64,000 nt of DNA from an uncultured bacterium (GTDB lineage Bacteria > Patescibacteriota > Patescibacteriia > CAIQCM01). Location of the stretch: contig OY970181.1 in the NCBI GenBank assembly GCA_963708045.1, positions 779,537 through 843,536 of the forward strand, written 5' to 3'. The stretch's first letter is position 1; the number at the start of each line of letters is the position of its first letter. Positions 1 through 9,404 of the stretch are shown piece by piece. The position numbers and the translations under genes were made by a program. The notes beneath the pieces were generated by a model. It searched no databases. It was given only the letters and a program-made list of their open reading frames with translations, and was not told where the DNA came from.

Positions 1-4
1 ATTT

Positions 5-445
5 ATGAATTCGAAAGATGTGAAGGTCAATCGTTCAGGAGAAGGTGAGCTGGCCTGTGGTTATTTACATGTCATTGCCGGTAAGGATGGAAAATCATTG
101 GATGAAAAATACGATAGTATTTACATTAATCCACAGGGTTTTGGTGGACATGTACTTAGCAAGAAGGGTGCTATTAATATTGTAAACAACAGCACTAATA
201 AAACTGAATTTTTACTACCTTTGACTTCTATTGCTTATCTATCAAAAATTCCCTTTGATCCGAACTCGCAAAATTATAAAACCGCAAATTGGGTCAATGT
301 TTTAAACGCTTCTAACCAAACAGATTTCATTTTAGGTCTGTCAACATTACATCAAGAGGGTTATATAGAAGATGTTTCAATTGCTTATAGGTGTTGGGAT
401 CCAGTCTCTGGAAAAGAAATACAAACCTGTCAATTAGGTTTGTAA
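5..445 (+). CDS. hypothetical protein (146 aa; the ATG lies 4 nt from the window edge, so the N-terminus may be longer upstream)
   Basis: Long ORF on + strand with no competing ORF. No recognisable motif. Confidence 0.4.
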   Translation: MNSKDVKVNRSGEGELACGYLHVIAGKDGKSLDEKYDSIYINPQGFGGHVLSKKGAINIVNNSTNKTEFLLPLTSIAYLSKIPFDPNSQNYKTANWVNVLNASNQTDFILGLSTLHQEGYIEDVSIAYRCWDPVSGKEIQTCQLGL

Positions 446-455
446 AGTTACTTAT

Positions 456-1766
456 TTAACAAATCAACATCCCATTTTGAAAAGTGATATTGCTACGGAT
501 TCCTAAAAGCAGATTTCTTTTTTCCTCCCGCGTTCCTTCTTTTAAAATATATTTGGCGCAGGCGTAAACATCAATTTTTGGAATTTCAGCGGCGATTTTG
601 GCGGTTAATGTATGTCCACCCAAGCTTGTGATCATTTTTTGCATTCGGTCGATTTCTTCTTTTATACGTTCAATCGCGGTTAGCTTGTCGATCTTGATTT
701 TATCGACCATTTTATAAAGTTGGTTTAGCAATTCTTCTTCGCGTATATACGGCTGTTTGCATTTGGTCTCCCACCGCTTACAGCAACCATAATATACATA
801 GCGATGTATCGTTCCGTCTTTAAGTCGCTTCATTTTTTCCGTTGCGGTTATACCATATCCGCAACCGCCGCACCGGAACATTTTTATGAACCCGAATTCT
901 TTACTGCCTTGCGGTTGTTTTGGCGACCCTTTCATTACTTCCTGAACGCGGTCAAATATCTCTTGATTGATTAGGGGTTCGTGCTTTCCGGTGAACCATT
1001 TACCACTGCCTTCCGGGAATTCGTAACGCCCGGTATAAAAATGATTATCCATCATTCTATAAATCATGCTTAAGGTAATTTTCTTGCCTTTTCTTGTCGT
1101 AAACTGTTTTTCATCGTCTAACCATCGTTTTACATCTCGCCCTGTCCAACCCTCGTATGCGACCTTTTGAAAGACCTCGCGGATGGCCGGTCCGCGTACA
1201 GGGTCAATAAAGATCAGTTTACCGCCCTTGAGACCGAATTTGTCGTGTAGATAGCCTAAGGGAGCCATTGTCGGCCTATAGCCCATCTCCAGCTTCGCCC
1301 TAAGGCCGCGTTTAACATTTAAGCCCTTGTTATCGTTTTCTAGCTTGGCTTGACTGCAAAGCATCATCAGCATGAACTTGTCGCTTGGCGAATTGGTGAA
1401 TCTGGGGCCGCTGGTTCGAATCTCCTTAAGCAATCCTTGATCCATAAGATCGACCACAGTTCCGAGGTCGCCTGCATTACGACTTATGCGGTCAGCCGCC
1501 CAAGTTAGAATCGCGTTGAACTTGCCAGATCTGATATCTGCCACAATACGATTAAACTCCGGTCGTGAGCCGGAGCTTTTTGCCGAATGACTTTCTTTTC
1601 GGACTTCCGTGATATTCAACCCATCACGGGCGGATTGCTCCAACATCTCCTTAATTTGGCTATCAATCGACAATGCCTGCCGTTCGTCGTCCTCGGTCGA
1701 TTTGCGGGCATAGAGACAGTAGGTAAGGGCTGGTGCGGCGACGGCTGTATTTGCTTGTTCGCTCAT
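456..1766 (-). CDS. large serine recombinase (resolvase/integrase family)
   Basis: ATG start. N-terminal 'YCLYARKSTEDDERQALSIDSQ' carries the catalytic-Ser motif (Y-x-R-x-S-T...Q) and 'DRISRN' of serine recombinases. Central recombinase domain. Cys cluster 'CGGCGYG...YYGCCKRWETKC' is a typical zinc ribbon of large serine recombinases. A coiled-coil tail follows. Confidence 0.9.
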   Translation of the reverse strand: MSEQANTAVAAPALTYCLYARKSTEDDERQALSIDSQIKEMLEQSARDGLNITEVRKESHSAKSSGSRPEFNRIVADIRSGKFNAILTWAADRISRNAGDLGTVVDLMDQGLLKEIRTSGPRFTNSPSDKFMLMMLCSQAKLENDNKGLNVKRGLRAKLEMGYRPTMAPLGYLHDKFGLKGGKLIFIDPVRGPAIREVFQKVAYEGWTGRDVKRWLDDEKQFTTRKGKKITLSMIYRMMDNHFYTGRYEFPEGSGKWFTGKHEPLINQEIFDRVQEVMKGSPKQPQGSKEFGFIKMFRCGGCGYGITATEKMKRLKDGTIHRYVYYGCCKRWETKCKQPYIREEELLNQLYKMVDKIKIDKLTAIERIKEEIDRMQKMITSLGGHTLTAKIAAEIPKIDVYACAKYILKEGTREEKRNLLLGIRSNITFQNGMLIC

Positions 1767-2047
1767 ATTTACGCTTAATTCTTACAAGCCACACACTACC
1801 GCGCCTGTCCCGGGTGCCTAGTCCCAGAAGTAGGCAAGCTGTTGGTAACTAAAACCTTTACATAAAGGCTTTTTATGTTAGTATTCAAATGTCTCTACTC
1901 AACTTAAGCTCGGGCTTTTGCTCGAACCGGATAGCGCGCTTTAAGCGGCATCCGGATAAAACAACTCTTGCACTATCCAGTGCTTTAGTTGGGTAGAGAC
2001 ACCTCCGGGTGTCGCTTTTGTTTTATAAGCACATCCGAATCGAAGAT

Positions 2048-3742
2048 ATGCTTAATGAACAAACGACACAGGAGGCGTTGCTCGTAAAAATTGCCGCGCT
2101 TCAAAACGAAATTAAAAAGCTTAAGAAAAGAAAGAAGTACGGACTCGTGTGGGAAGAAAAACCTGAAGAAGTTGTTTTACAATGTCAAAATAATATTCCG
2201 GTTTTGAAAGAAGTCAAAACCCGAAAAATAATTGGCGGTTCGGGGAATAATATTTTGATAGAGGGCGATAATTATCACGCTCTTTCCGTTCTTAATTATA
2301 CGCACAAGAAAAGCATTGACCTTATTTATATTGACCCTCCGTATAATACGGGTGCTAAAAATTGGAAATATAATAATGACTATATTGATAAGGAAGACGC
2401 TTATCGTCATAGCAAATGGCTTTCGTTAATGTGCCATCGTATTAAGTTGGCCAAAAATTTGCTTAAAGATAATGGGGTGTTAGTTTGTGCCATTGATGAA
2501 AATGAACAAGCGCATTTAGGTGCGCTTATTGAAGAGATTTTTCCAACATACGATCAACATACGATAACAGTGGTGCATAATCCAAAAGGAGTCCAGGGAA
2601 CAAATTTTTCATATACCCACGAATACGCAATTTTTGTCGTACCAAGTAATAAAAAAACTATAGGGGATCGCTCTCTTGTCGAAGATGAGATTTATGTTTC
2701 AAATTTAAGAAATTGGGGGAATGAATCTGAACGAACAGATGCTAAGAATTGTTTTTATCCGATAGTGATATCAAGAGAAAAAATTGTAGGCTTTGGCAAT
2801 GTTGCACAAAATGAATTTCATCCCAAATCAGCAAATGAAAAACAAAAAGACGGCACCATTTGGGTTTGGCCGATTGATGAGAAAGGTGTTGAAAGAAAGT
2901 GGCGTTATGCACGCCAGAGCGTCGAAGAAATAAAAGATATACTTCAGATTAAAGAAACGAGGGGTGGTTTGATTCAGATAATGATTGCCAAAGATTATGG
3001 CACATATAAAACTGTTTGGAATGATAAGAAATATGATGCAAGCGAATATGGAACCAAACTACTTAGAGAAATAATTCCAAATTGCGATTTTGATTTTCCA
3101 AAATCACTTTATACAGTTTATGATTGTATTTTTGCGGTAGTTGGAGATCGTCTTCATGCAAATGTGCTTGATTTTTTTGCCGGGTCGGGAACGACTGGCC
3201 ACGCGGTTCTTGAATTGAATAAAAAGGATGGTGGCAATCGTCAATTTATTCTTTGCACTAATAACGAAAGCAATATTTGCGAAGAAGTAACATACGAACG
3301 CATCAAACGCGTTATCAAGGGATATAAGAACAAGAAGGGCGAAAAAGTTGATGGCCTTGGCGGTAATTTATCGTACTACAAAACAGATTTGGTTAATGTT
3401 GAAAAACTTCATCGCGTTTCGGACGACGCGAAAATCAAGATTACCCATCAAGCCGGTGAGATGATCGCGCTTCGCGAGGATACGCCGAATGAGGTTGAAA
3501 AAACCGATTGGTGGCAGGTCTTTAGCGGCGGCGGAAAAATAACGGCAATCTACTTTAAGGAAGATAAGCAAAAATTATCAGAGTTAGTTAAAAAACTTGA
3601 AAAGGAGCAAAAGCCGACGGTTCTCTATGTCTTTAGCTGGGGGAAGAATGAATATAAAAACGAATTCACCTCAAAGCTTATTCATATCGAGGATATTCCC
3701 GATCCAATTCTTGAGGTTTACAAAGAAATCAACCGCGCTTAA
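2048..3742 (+). CDS. mod: Type III restriction-modification Mod subunit (N6-adenine DNA methyltransferase)
   Basis: 'IDPPYNTG' (motif IV, DPPY) precedes 'DFFAGSGTTGHA' (motif I, FxGxG). This order is the beta-class arrangement of Type III Mod and other N4/N6 MTases. The gene lies immediately upstream of, and is translationally coupled to, a Res-like helicase. The ORF track starts at a GTG at 2009. The first ATG is at 2048. Confidence 0.85.
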   Translation: MLNEQTTQEALLVKIAALQNEIKKLKKRKKYGLVWEEKPEEVVLQCQNNIPVLKEVKTRKIIGGSGNNILIEGDNYHALSVLNYTHKKSIDLIYIDPPYNTGAKNWKYNNDYIDKEDAYRHSKWLSLMCHRIKLAKNLLKDNGVLVCAIDENEQAHLGALIEEIFPTYDQHTITVVHNPKGVQGTNFSYTHEYAIFVVPSNKKTIGDRSLVEDEIYVSNLRNWGNESERTDAKNCFYPIVISREKIVGFGNVAQNEFHPKSANEKQKDGTIWVWPIDEKGVERKWRYARQSVEEIKDILQIKETRGGLIQIMIAKDYGTYKTVWNDKKYDASEYGTKLLREIIPNCDFDFPKSLYTVYDCIFAVVGDRLHANVLDFFAGSGTTGHAVLELNKKDGGNRQFILCTNNESNICEEVTYERIKRVIKGYKNKKGEKVDGLGGNLSYYKTDLVNVEKLHRVSDDAKIKITHQAGEMIALREDTPNEVEKTDWWQVFSGGGKITAIYFKEDKQKLSELVKKLEKEQKPTVLYVFSWGKNEYKNEFTSKLIHIEDIPDPILEVYKEINRA

Positions 3743-3745
3743 ATT

Positions 3746-6076
3746 ATGTTTTCGCTAAAGCCATTTCAAGAACAGACGGTCGCCAAACTGCGTAACGAAT
3801 TTTTATCGTTATGGAAATCGCCACACGATAACATTTCGCTAGTTTTTAAGTCGCCAACGGGTTCGGGTAAGACAATTATGTTGGCGCAATTTTTGCGCGA
3901 TATGGTGGGAGATCCGCGCTTTCAAGGGAACGATGTAGCTTTTGTTTGGTTCTCGTTTAGCGAAGACTCATACGAACAAAGCAAAAAGAAGCTGTTTGAT
4001 TATTACGGTGGCGCTTCGGAGCTTGATTTGCTGGATTTGAATGACCTGTCGCGCGGCAAGCTTAACAAGAACAGCGTTTTCTTTATTAACTGGCAAAAGA
4101 TCAAGGGCAAATCAAAAGAAAGCCGAAAACTGCGACGCGACAATGAATGGGGTTTAACATTCGATAGTTTGATTGAAAAGACGCACGAAGACGGTCGCAA
4201 ACTTGTCGTTATCATTGACGAAGAACATATTGGTTCGGATACAGAGCTGGCTTTTGAGGTTATTAATGGACTTATCAAGCCGAAAATAACTATTCGCGTT
4301 TCCGCGACGCCGAAGTATATCCCTAACGCCGAGGAAATAGGAGAAAAGAAAGGCGGTTTTGTCCAAGCAAAGCGCGACGAAGTTATCGAGGCCGGCCTTA
4401 TTAAAGAGAAAATCGTCTTTCAAACGAAAGAAGATTTGGATTTGAAAGAATTTAAGGAAAAGGATCAAGACGAGATTTTACTTGAACTCGCATATCGCAA
4501 GAGAAATGAGACATCGGCCTTGTATAAAAAACTTGGAGTTTCCGTTAATCCGCTTGTGTTGATTCAGTTGCCGAATGACGACCAAGAGGTAAAAGGCACG
4601 ACGACGGTCAACAAACAAACAATTGTTATTGATTATTTGAAAAGCAAGGGCGTAGGGGAACACGAAATTGCGATTTGGCTTTCGAACGAGAAAATCAATC
4701 TCGAAGAAATAGAAAATAATACTTCGCCAATTTCGTTTTTGCTCTTTAAGCAAGCCGCGGCGACTGGTTGGGATTGTCCTCGCGCCAGCGTACTCGTGAT
4801 GTTCCGCGAGATCAAAAATCCGACCTTTGCCATTCAAACGGTTGGCCGCATTTTACGCATGCCTTTTGGGACGCATTTTGCCAAACCCGAACTCAATATC
4901 GGCTACCTCTACACGAACTATAAGCGTAATGAAGTGCTGGCGGAATACGCCAAGTTGAAGAACGAAAATCGTCCGGCCATTTATCCGAGCTACCGCAAAG
5001 AATCGGTAAAGCCGATTCAAATGGAATCCGTGTTCATGAGCCGAACAGACTATAACGATCTTGGGGACAGCTTCCAAGAAGCGTTTGGCAAAGTCGCAGA
5101 CAAGTATTTTGATATCGGTGAGCGCGATATGGCTTTAACCGCCATTAAGAAAATGGAAAAGGCTGGTTTGAATTTTTCGCCAAAGGTAACAAATGGGATT
5201 ATCGTTGGCGTTGAGATTGACGATTACGATAATTTTACCAACGAGCTATTAAACGAAGGTGGTAGCTACGACCAAGAAATGTCCGAATATGATCTTGAGC
5301 AGCTGTATAACCTTATTTGCTTTAAAGCTATATCAAAGCAAACCGATGAATTAAAGAAGTTTGCGCCTGAACGATCTTGGGGAAAGTTAAAAACTGCGCT
5401 TAATGTTTGGCTTATCAAACGCGCTGCGCAACCGCGTCAAATTATATATCGGGTAATCGTAAACGACTTGTTAAACGCAAACAGCATTTTGGCTCCGCTT
5501 ATCGGCTCCGCGCTCGCCGCATATCGTCCGATACGCGAACATGAGGTTAACAAGCGGTCGGAACGCTCGCGCCGTACCGAGGTTATCGAAATACCGAACG
5601 CATCGCTTTTCTATACCGATCAGTATCGCGTGATGAAAACCGAGCGCTGCGCCATGGAACCGTTCTATATTGAAAAGGATTATCAAGGTGAAGATAACGA
5701 GTCCGCGTTCATTAAATTTATCGATAACCATAAGCGGATTGAGTGGTGGTATAAGAATGGCGACTCGGGTAGCGAATTCTTTTCTATCCCATATTTCAAT
5801 CCCGAAGAAAACAAAGAAAAGCTGTTTTATCCAGACTGGATAATAAAAACCAAAGAGGGGATATGGATCATTGATACTAAAGGCGGCGTTACGGCTGAAC
5901 TCATTGATACTAAGTATAAGGCCGAAGCGCTTCAGGTGTGGCTTAAGGGTAAGAAAGGTTTTGGTGGCGGCATAGCCGTTCAAGACGGTCCCAATGGTTG
6001 GAAAATAAATAATAATGCTAATTATTCATATACCAAATCCCTTAGTGGCTGGAATAATTTAAACGACAGTCTATAA
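3746..6076 (+). CDS. res: Type III restriction enzyme Res subunit (SF2 helicase-nuclease)
   Basis: Helicase motif I 'SPTGSGKT' and DEAH-type motif II 'VIIDEEH'. A large C-terminal region follows. The start lies 4 nt after the mod stop. Confidence 0.85.
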   Translation: MFSLKPFQEQTVAKLRNEFLSLWKSPHDNISLVFKSPTGSGKTIMLAQFLRDMVGDPRFQGNDVAFVWFSFSEDSYEQSKKKLFDYYGGASELDLLDLNDLSRGKLNKNSVFFINWQKIKGKSKESRKLRRDNEWGLTFDSLIEKTHEDGRKLVVIIDEEHIGSDTELAFEVINGLIKPKITIRVSATPKYIPNAEEIGEKKGGFVQAKRDEVIEAGLIKEKIVFQTKEDLDLKEFKEKDQDEILLELAYRKRNETSALYKKLGVSVNPLVLIQLPNDDQEVKGTTTVNKQTIVIDYLKSKGVGEHEIAIWLSNEKINLEEIENNTSPISFLLFKQAAATGWDCPRASVLVMFREIKNPTFAIQTVGRILRMPFGTHFAKPELNIGYLYTNYKRNEVLAEYAKLKNENRPAIYPSYRKESVKPIQMESVFMSRTDYNDLGDSFQEAFGKVADKYFDIGERDMALTAIKKMEKAGLNFSPKVTNGIIVGVEIDDYDNFTNELLNEGGSYDQEMSEYDLEQLYNLICFKAISKQTDELKKFAPERSWGKLKTALNVWLIKRAAQPRQIIYRVIVNDLLNANSILAPLIGSALAAYRPIREHEVNKRSERSRRTEVIEIPNASLFYTDQYRVMKTERCAMEPFYIEKDYQGEDNESAFIKFIDNHKRIEWWYKNGDSGSEFFSIPYFNPEENKEKLFYPDWIIKTKEGIWIIDTKGGVTAELIDTKYKAEALQVWLKGKKGFGGGIAVQDGPNGWKINNNANYSYTKSLSGWNNLNDSL

Positions 6077-6133
6077 AGCCCTGTTGATTGAATTACCCAA
6101 ACAAATAATATAAATTAATTCGTAAAAATAATT

Positions 6134-6592
6134 ATGAATAACAATGCCAATAATCAAGAAGTCTGGGATAAAATCCTAGGCAAAGACGAGAAAGTTAAAC
6201 ACAGTTTTACAATCGGCCCACGGTATCTAAAATACAATCTTATCGCCGGTGCGATAATCTGCGTGCCGTTCGTTTTCGCGTACGGTTTTGGCGTCGTCTT
6301 GTTCTTGATTATTCTGTTCAACTACGGTTTCTACGCTAAGAAGTTGAACATCTACGCCTTTACTGATAAGCGCGTATTAATCCACAAGGGCTGGCTTTCA
6401 ACACACATGACTAGCATCGACTATTCAAAAATTACCGATGTCCATGTTCGGGAACAATTCTTGGATAAAATCGTGTACCATACGGGCGACTTGGCCATTA
6501 ATACGGCCGGAAGTGGACGATTAGAAGTCTTCCTAAGACACATCGAAAACCCGTACGAAGTGAAGAAGATTTTAGACGAACTTAAGGGCTAA
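6134..6592 (+). CDS. membrane protein with bacterial PH (bPH_2/YdbT-like, DUF304) domain
   Basis: Two predicted TM helices ('LIAGAIICVPFVFAYGFGVVLFLIILF') followed by 'YAFTDKRVLIHKGWLSTHMTSIDYSKITDVHV', which is typical of the YdbS/YdbT PH-domain family. Confidence 0.55.
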   Translation: MNNNANNQEVWDKILGKDEKVKHSFTIGPRYLKYNLIAGAIICVPFVFAYGFGVVLFLIILFNYGFYAKKLNIYAFTDKRVLIHKGWLSTHMTSIDYSKITDVHVREQFLDKIVYHTGDLAINTAGSGRLEVFLRHIENPYEVKKILDELKG

Positions 6593-6607
6593 CTCGAGGC
6601 TAATAAT

Positions 6608-6644
6608 AAAAACGCCGTCCATACTTCGCGAACGGCGTTTTTGA
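6608..6644. terminator. bidirectional rho-independent terminator-like hairpin between convergent genes
   Basis: 'aaaaacgccgt' / 'acggcgttttt' form an 8-9 bp GC-rich stem around a 13-nt loop. An A-run lies upstream and a T-run downstream. It sits between the + gene ending at 6592 and the - gene ending at 6646. Confidence 0.55.
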
Positions 6645-6645
6645 T

Positions 6646-8139
6646 TTAGATAAAGTAGACTCGCGGAACGATCGGAGGATTTTCCAAGAGACTATGGACG
6701 ACATTGGCGAAAGCGTCGGCAAGGTCATCGTGTTTTTCAACGCCGAAATGAACGATCTGTTCGATTAGACGTTCCGCCCCTTCGCGCGGGAAGAGAATTT
6801 TTCCGGTCTTAATCATGTTGGCCGTAAGCACCAGCCTACTGCGTTTGTCTTGGACTCCGGGCCTAATCGTCAGCACGCCATCAATGCCTTCATATTTAAG
6901 CTGTTGGGGCAATGCTTTTTGGTAGGCGACATCCTCGATGATCAGTTTGGGGTAATCGTAATCCTCCTTGTAGCTGTTATATAGCGTTTTACACATATCG
7001 ACCGTTTCTGGGAAGGTCATGCGCTTATTTATGATTTTAGGCAAAATATATATGCGGTATCCGTCTTCGAGTTCAAAGAGGACTCCGGGCACCATGGCCG
7101 TATAATCAGCCGCATCACTTGTTGATATGGCTGGATCAATGCCAATCCGTACCTCAAGATGCGACCGGTATCCTTGGAATAGGACAAGTCTTTCGGGAAT
7201 CTTGTCGTAGTATTGAATCCATTCGCGTTGGATGGCTTGGTCTTCGGCCGGAACGATGTTTAGGAGATACTCACGTTGCCAAGCGAATTCGTTGGCGGCT
7301 TTGCTTTTCTCTTCTTCAATTTCGGTCATTGTCGGATATTTGCCCGGCCAAATTATTGCGCCGTCGGTAATTAGGGGATAGGACTTGAAGACGCCGTTAA
7401 TCTTTTTCTTGTCGATGTCCTCTTTAAGGCGCATGAGGAGTGAGTCCTCGTGCAAGAGGTTGCCTATGATAACGAGCCGCGTATTGCGGTCGCCAGCCGG
7501 AACCACTTCTCCAGTCAGCCATTGATAGGTCTTGTTCCGACCCTCGCGTGTTTTGGTGGAGGCCAAGTCTTCAAGGTCATCGCCGATAATAAGGTCGGGA
7601 CGGTGTTGATTATGGCGTAGGCCACGGACGCTTTGTTCGGTGGAAACGGCAGTTATACGGGCATGCAAACTGGAGAAAACGAGCGACGATGCGCCCCATT
7701 CGTTATTTTCTTCTTGGAACGGTCCAAGGTCGTTTTTTAGAAGCGAATTGCTTTCAAGCTCGCGGCGCAGGTTCATCATGTGTTGTTTAGCTTGCGCTTG
7801 CGTTTGGCAAAGGATTAGCACAAACTTTTTCTTTTGCTCGCCAAGAATCGCCCAAACCGGGTATGAGGTCGTGAAGATTGTCAACTTAGCCGAACCGCGA
7901 AACGCCACAATAAACAAGTTTTTAATGTCTTGCCTTTCGCTAAGGCGAAATAGCTCGCGCTGGAATTCTGCGGTAGCATATTTCACATAATGAGCGAAGT
8001 AGAAGTGAAAGAACATGAAATGACTCTGGCGGGTGATGGCTGCGCGAACGGTTCGGTCGCGGAACATTTCGTTTGCCAACTCCGGCGGCATTCCCTTGTT
8101 TTCTTCTTGCGTCGCGTTTTTCTCGATAAAGTTTTCCAT
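6646..8139 (-). CDS. phage terminase large subunit-like protein
   Basis: C-terminal RNaseH-like nuclease motifs typical of TerL: 'GIDPAISTSDAADYTAMV' and a terminal 'HDDLADAF'. An N-terminal ATPase-like region precedes them. The start lies directly downstream of a TerS-like gene. The track start is a TTG at 8199. The first ATG at 8139 leaves a 5-nt gap to the TerS stop. Confidence 0.65.
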   Translation of the reverse strand: MENFIEKNATQEENKGMPPELANEMFRDRTVRAAITRQSHFMFFHFYFAHYVKYATAEFQRELFRLSERQDIKNLFIVAFRGSAKLTIFTTSYPVWAILGEQKKKFVLILCQTQAQAKQHMMNLRRELESNSLLKNDLGPFQEENNEWGASSLVFSSLHARITAVSTEQSVRGLRHNQHRPDLIIGDDLEDLASTKTREGRNKTYQWLTGEVVPAGDRNTRLVIIGNLLHEDSLLMRLKEDIDKKKINGVFKSYPLITDGAIIWPGKYPTMTEIEEEKSKAANEFAWQREYLLNIVPAEDQAIQREWIQYYDKIPERLVLFQGYRSHLEVRIGIDPAISTSDAADYTAMVPGVLFELEDGYRIYILPKIINKRMTFPETVDMCKTLYNSYKEDYDYPKLIIEDVAYQKALPQQLKYEGIDGVLTIRPGVQDKRSRLVLTANMIKTGKILFPREGAERLIEQIVHFGVEKHDDLADAFANVVHSLLENPPIVPRVYFI

Positions 8140-8143
8140 ATAT

Positions 8144-8620
8144 TTATTCAACGGATTTATTATTAAGATTTTCAGGTTGTTTAGAATTTTGGTCGGCAAC
8201 AGTCGGTTCCGTGGGCTGTCTTATGGTCATGGAGGCAAGCCGGAGTGCTTCTTTAACGGTCGCTTCTTGCTCCTCAGTTAGTTCTTCTTGCGGACGAGCC
8301 GCCGCTACTTCCAGTCGGTCGCGGAAGCGTGGACTTCTTTTCCTAAGCCAGAAACTGATTGCGTTAAAGTTTTGTTCTTTTATCGCGGTAATGAGCTTGG
8401 ACTCGGCCATGTCGCTCACCAGTTCGTCGCCCTCGTCGATGGCCGCATCGCAGGCCGTTGCAAAATGCGGATCTTCTTTGCGCCAGCGGTAATATGTGGC
8501 GCGGCTAACACTTGTCTTTTCGCACGAGAGCTGGACGATCGGCGTTTTCTTAAGCTGATCGATGAGTGCGATCTTTTGTTCTTTTTGTCGCTCCAAGGCG
8601 GCTTCGTTAGCGTTTTCCAT
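8144..8620 (-). CDS. phage terminase small subunit-like HTH protein
   Basis: 'CEKTSVSRATYYRWRKEDPHFATACDAAIDE...AISFWLRKRSPRFRD' matches the HTH-containing terminase small-subunit family pattern. Position immediately upstream of TerL. Confidence 0.6.
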   Translation of the reverse strand: MENANEAALERQKEQKIALIDQLKKTPIVQLSCEKTSVSRATYYRWRKEDPHFATACDAAIDEGDELVSDMAESKLITAIKEQNFNAISFWLRKRSPRFRDRLEVAAARPQEELTEEQEATVKEALRLASMTIRQPTEPTVADQNSKQPENLNNKSVE

Positions 8621-9404
8621 AGATGCTGGTCAATTTAACGGCTTTAATTCCTGTATGGTTCTCAATGCGCCTGATGATGGTTCGGCAGTACTCAATATCC
8701 GCCTCGACCATATAACAGCGTCGTTTGGTATCCTCACAGGCGATCATTGTCGAACCAGAACCGCCAAAGCCGTCGTAGACGATTTCATTGACCTTGGTGC
8801 TGTTTAGGATTAGACGGCGTAGCAACCCGACCGGCTTCATCGTTGGATGAAGCTTGCTGGCACTTGGTTTAGGATAAACAAGAATCGACTTGTCCTTTGC
8901 TTTGTGGAATTTATGCCGTCCGAACCAGCCATAGGCGATAAGTTCGTGTTGGGGTAGGTAGTCCATCCGTCCGATTACGGCGTGCGTCTTTATCCAGATC
9001 AGTAGTTGCGTAAACGCGTAGCCGGCTTCGCGCATCGCCTCGCGAAGCGCGAAGATCATCTTGTCGGAGTTGAAGATATAGACGCTGTTGTGACTCGCGA
9101 GAAACGGACGAACAGCCATAAGCCAGTCTTTGGTAAAGGCGCGGTATTCGTCGTCGGTCTGTTCGTGGTCGTTTAGGATTATTTTTTCTTTACCAAGTTT
9201 TTGCTTGAATCCGGACTTGCTTTCAACGTACCCGACGGCGTACGGCGGATCGATAACGACGGCGGCAATCTTGTCTTTTCCGATCAATGTTGCGACCGAT
9301 GACGCGTCAAGCGAACTACCGCACAAGAGGCGGTGTTCGCCGATGGCGAAAATATCGCCTTGATTAACCGATACGGACGGCTTTGTTTTTTGTGAGGGCT
9401 TCAT
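8607..9404 (-). CDS. DNA methyltransferase (N4/N6 class, DNA_methylase_N-4/N-6 domain)
   Basis: 'VVIDPPYAVGY' (DPPY motif IV) near the N-terminus and 'FGGSGSTMIACEDTKRRCYMVE' (motif I) near the C-terminus. ATG start. Confidence 0.8.
   Translation of the reverse strand: MKPSQKTKPSVSVNQGDIFAIGEHRLLCGSSLDASSVATLIGKDKIAAVVIDPPYAVGYVESKSGFKQKLGKEKIILNDHEQTDDEYRAFTKDWLMAVRPFLASHNSVYIFNSDKMIFALREAMREAGYAFTQLLIWIKTHAVIGRMDYLPQHELIAYGWFGRHKFHKAKDKSILVYPKPSASKLHPTMKPVGLLRRLILNSTKVNEIVYDGFGGSGSTMIACEDTKRRCYMVEADIEYCRTIIRRIENHTGIKAVKLTSIYGKR

Noticed and set aside
1413-1430. 'ctggttcgaatctcc' resembling a tRNA T-arm.
   Set aside because: It lies inside the serine recombinase CDS. No acceptor or anticodon stems can be built around it.
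2177-5983. Antisense ORFs within mod/res (e.g. 2177..2410, 4003..4837, 5471..5983).
   Set aside because: They are fully contained in, and antisense to, well-supported long CDSs, with Ile/Phe-rich composition typical of the AT-rich antisense strand.
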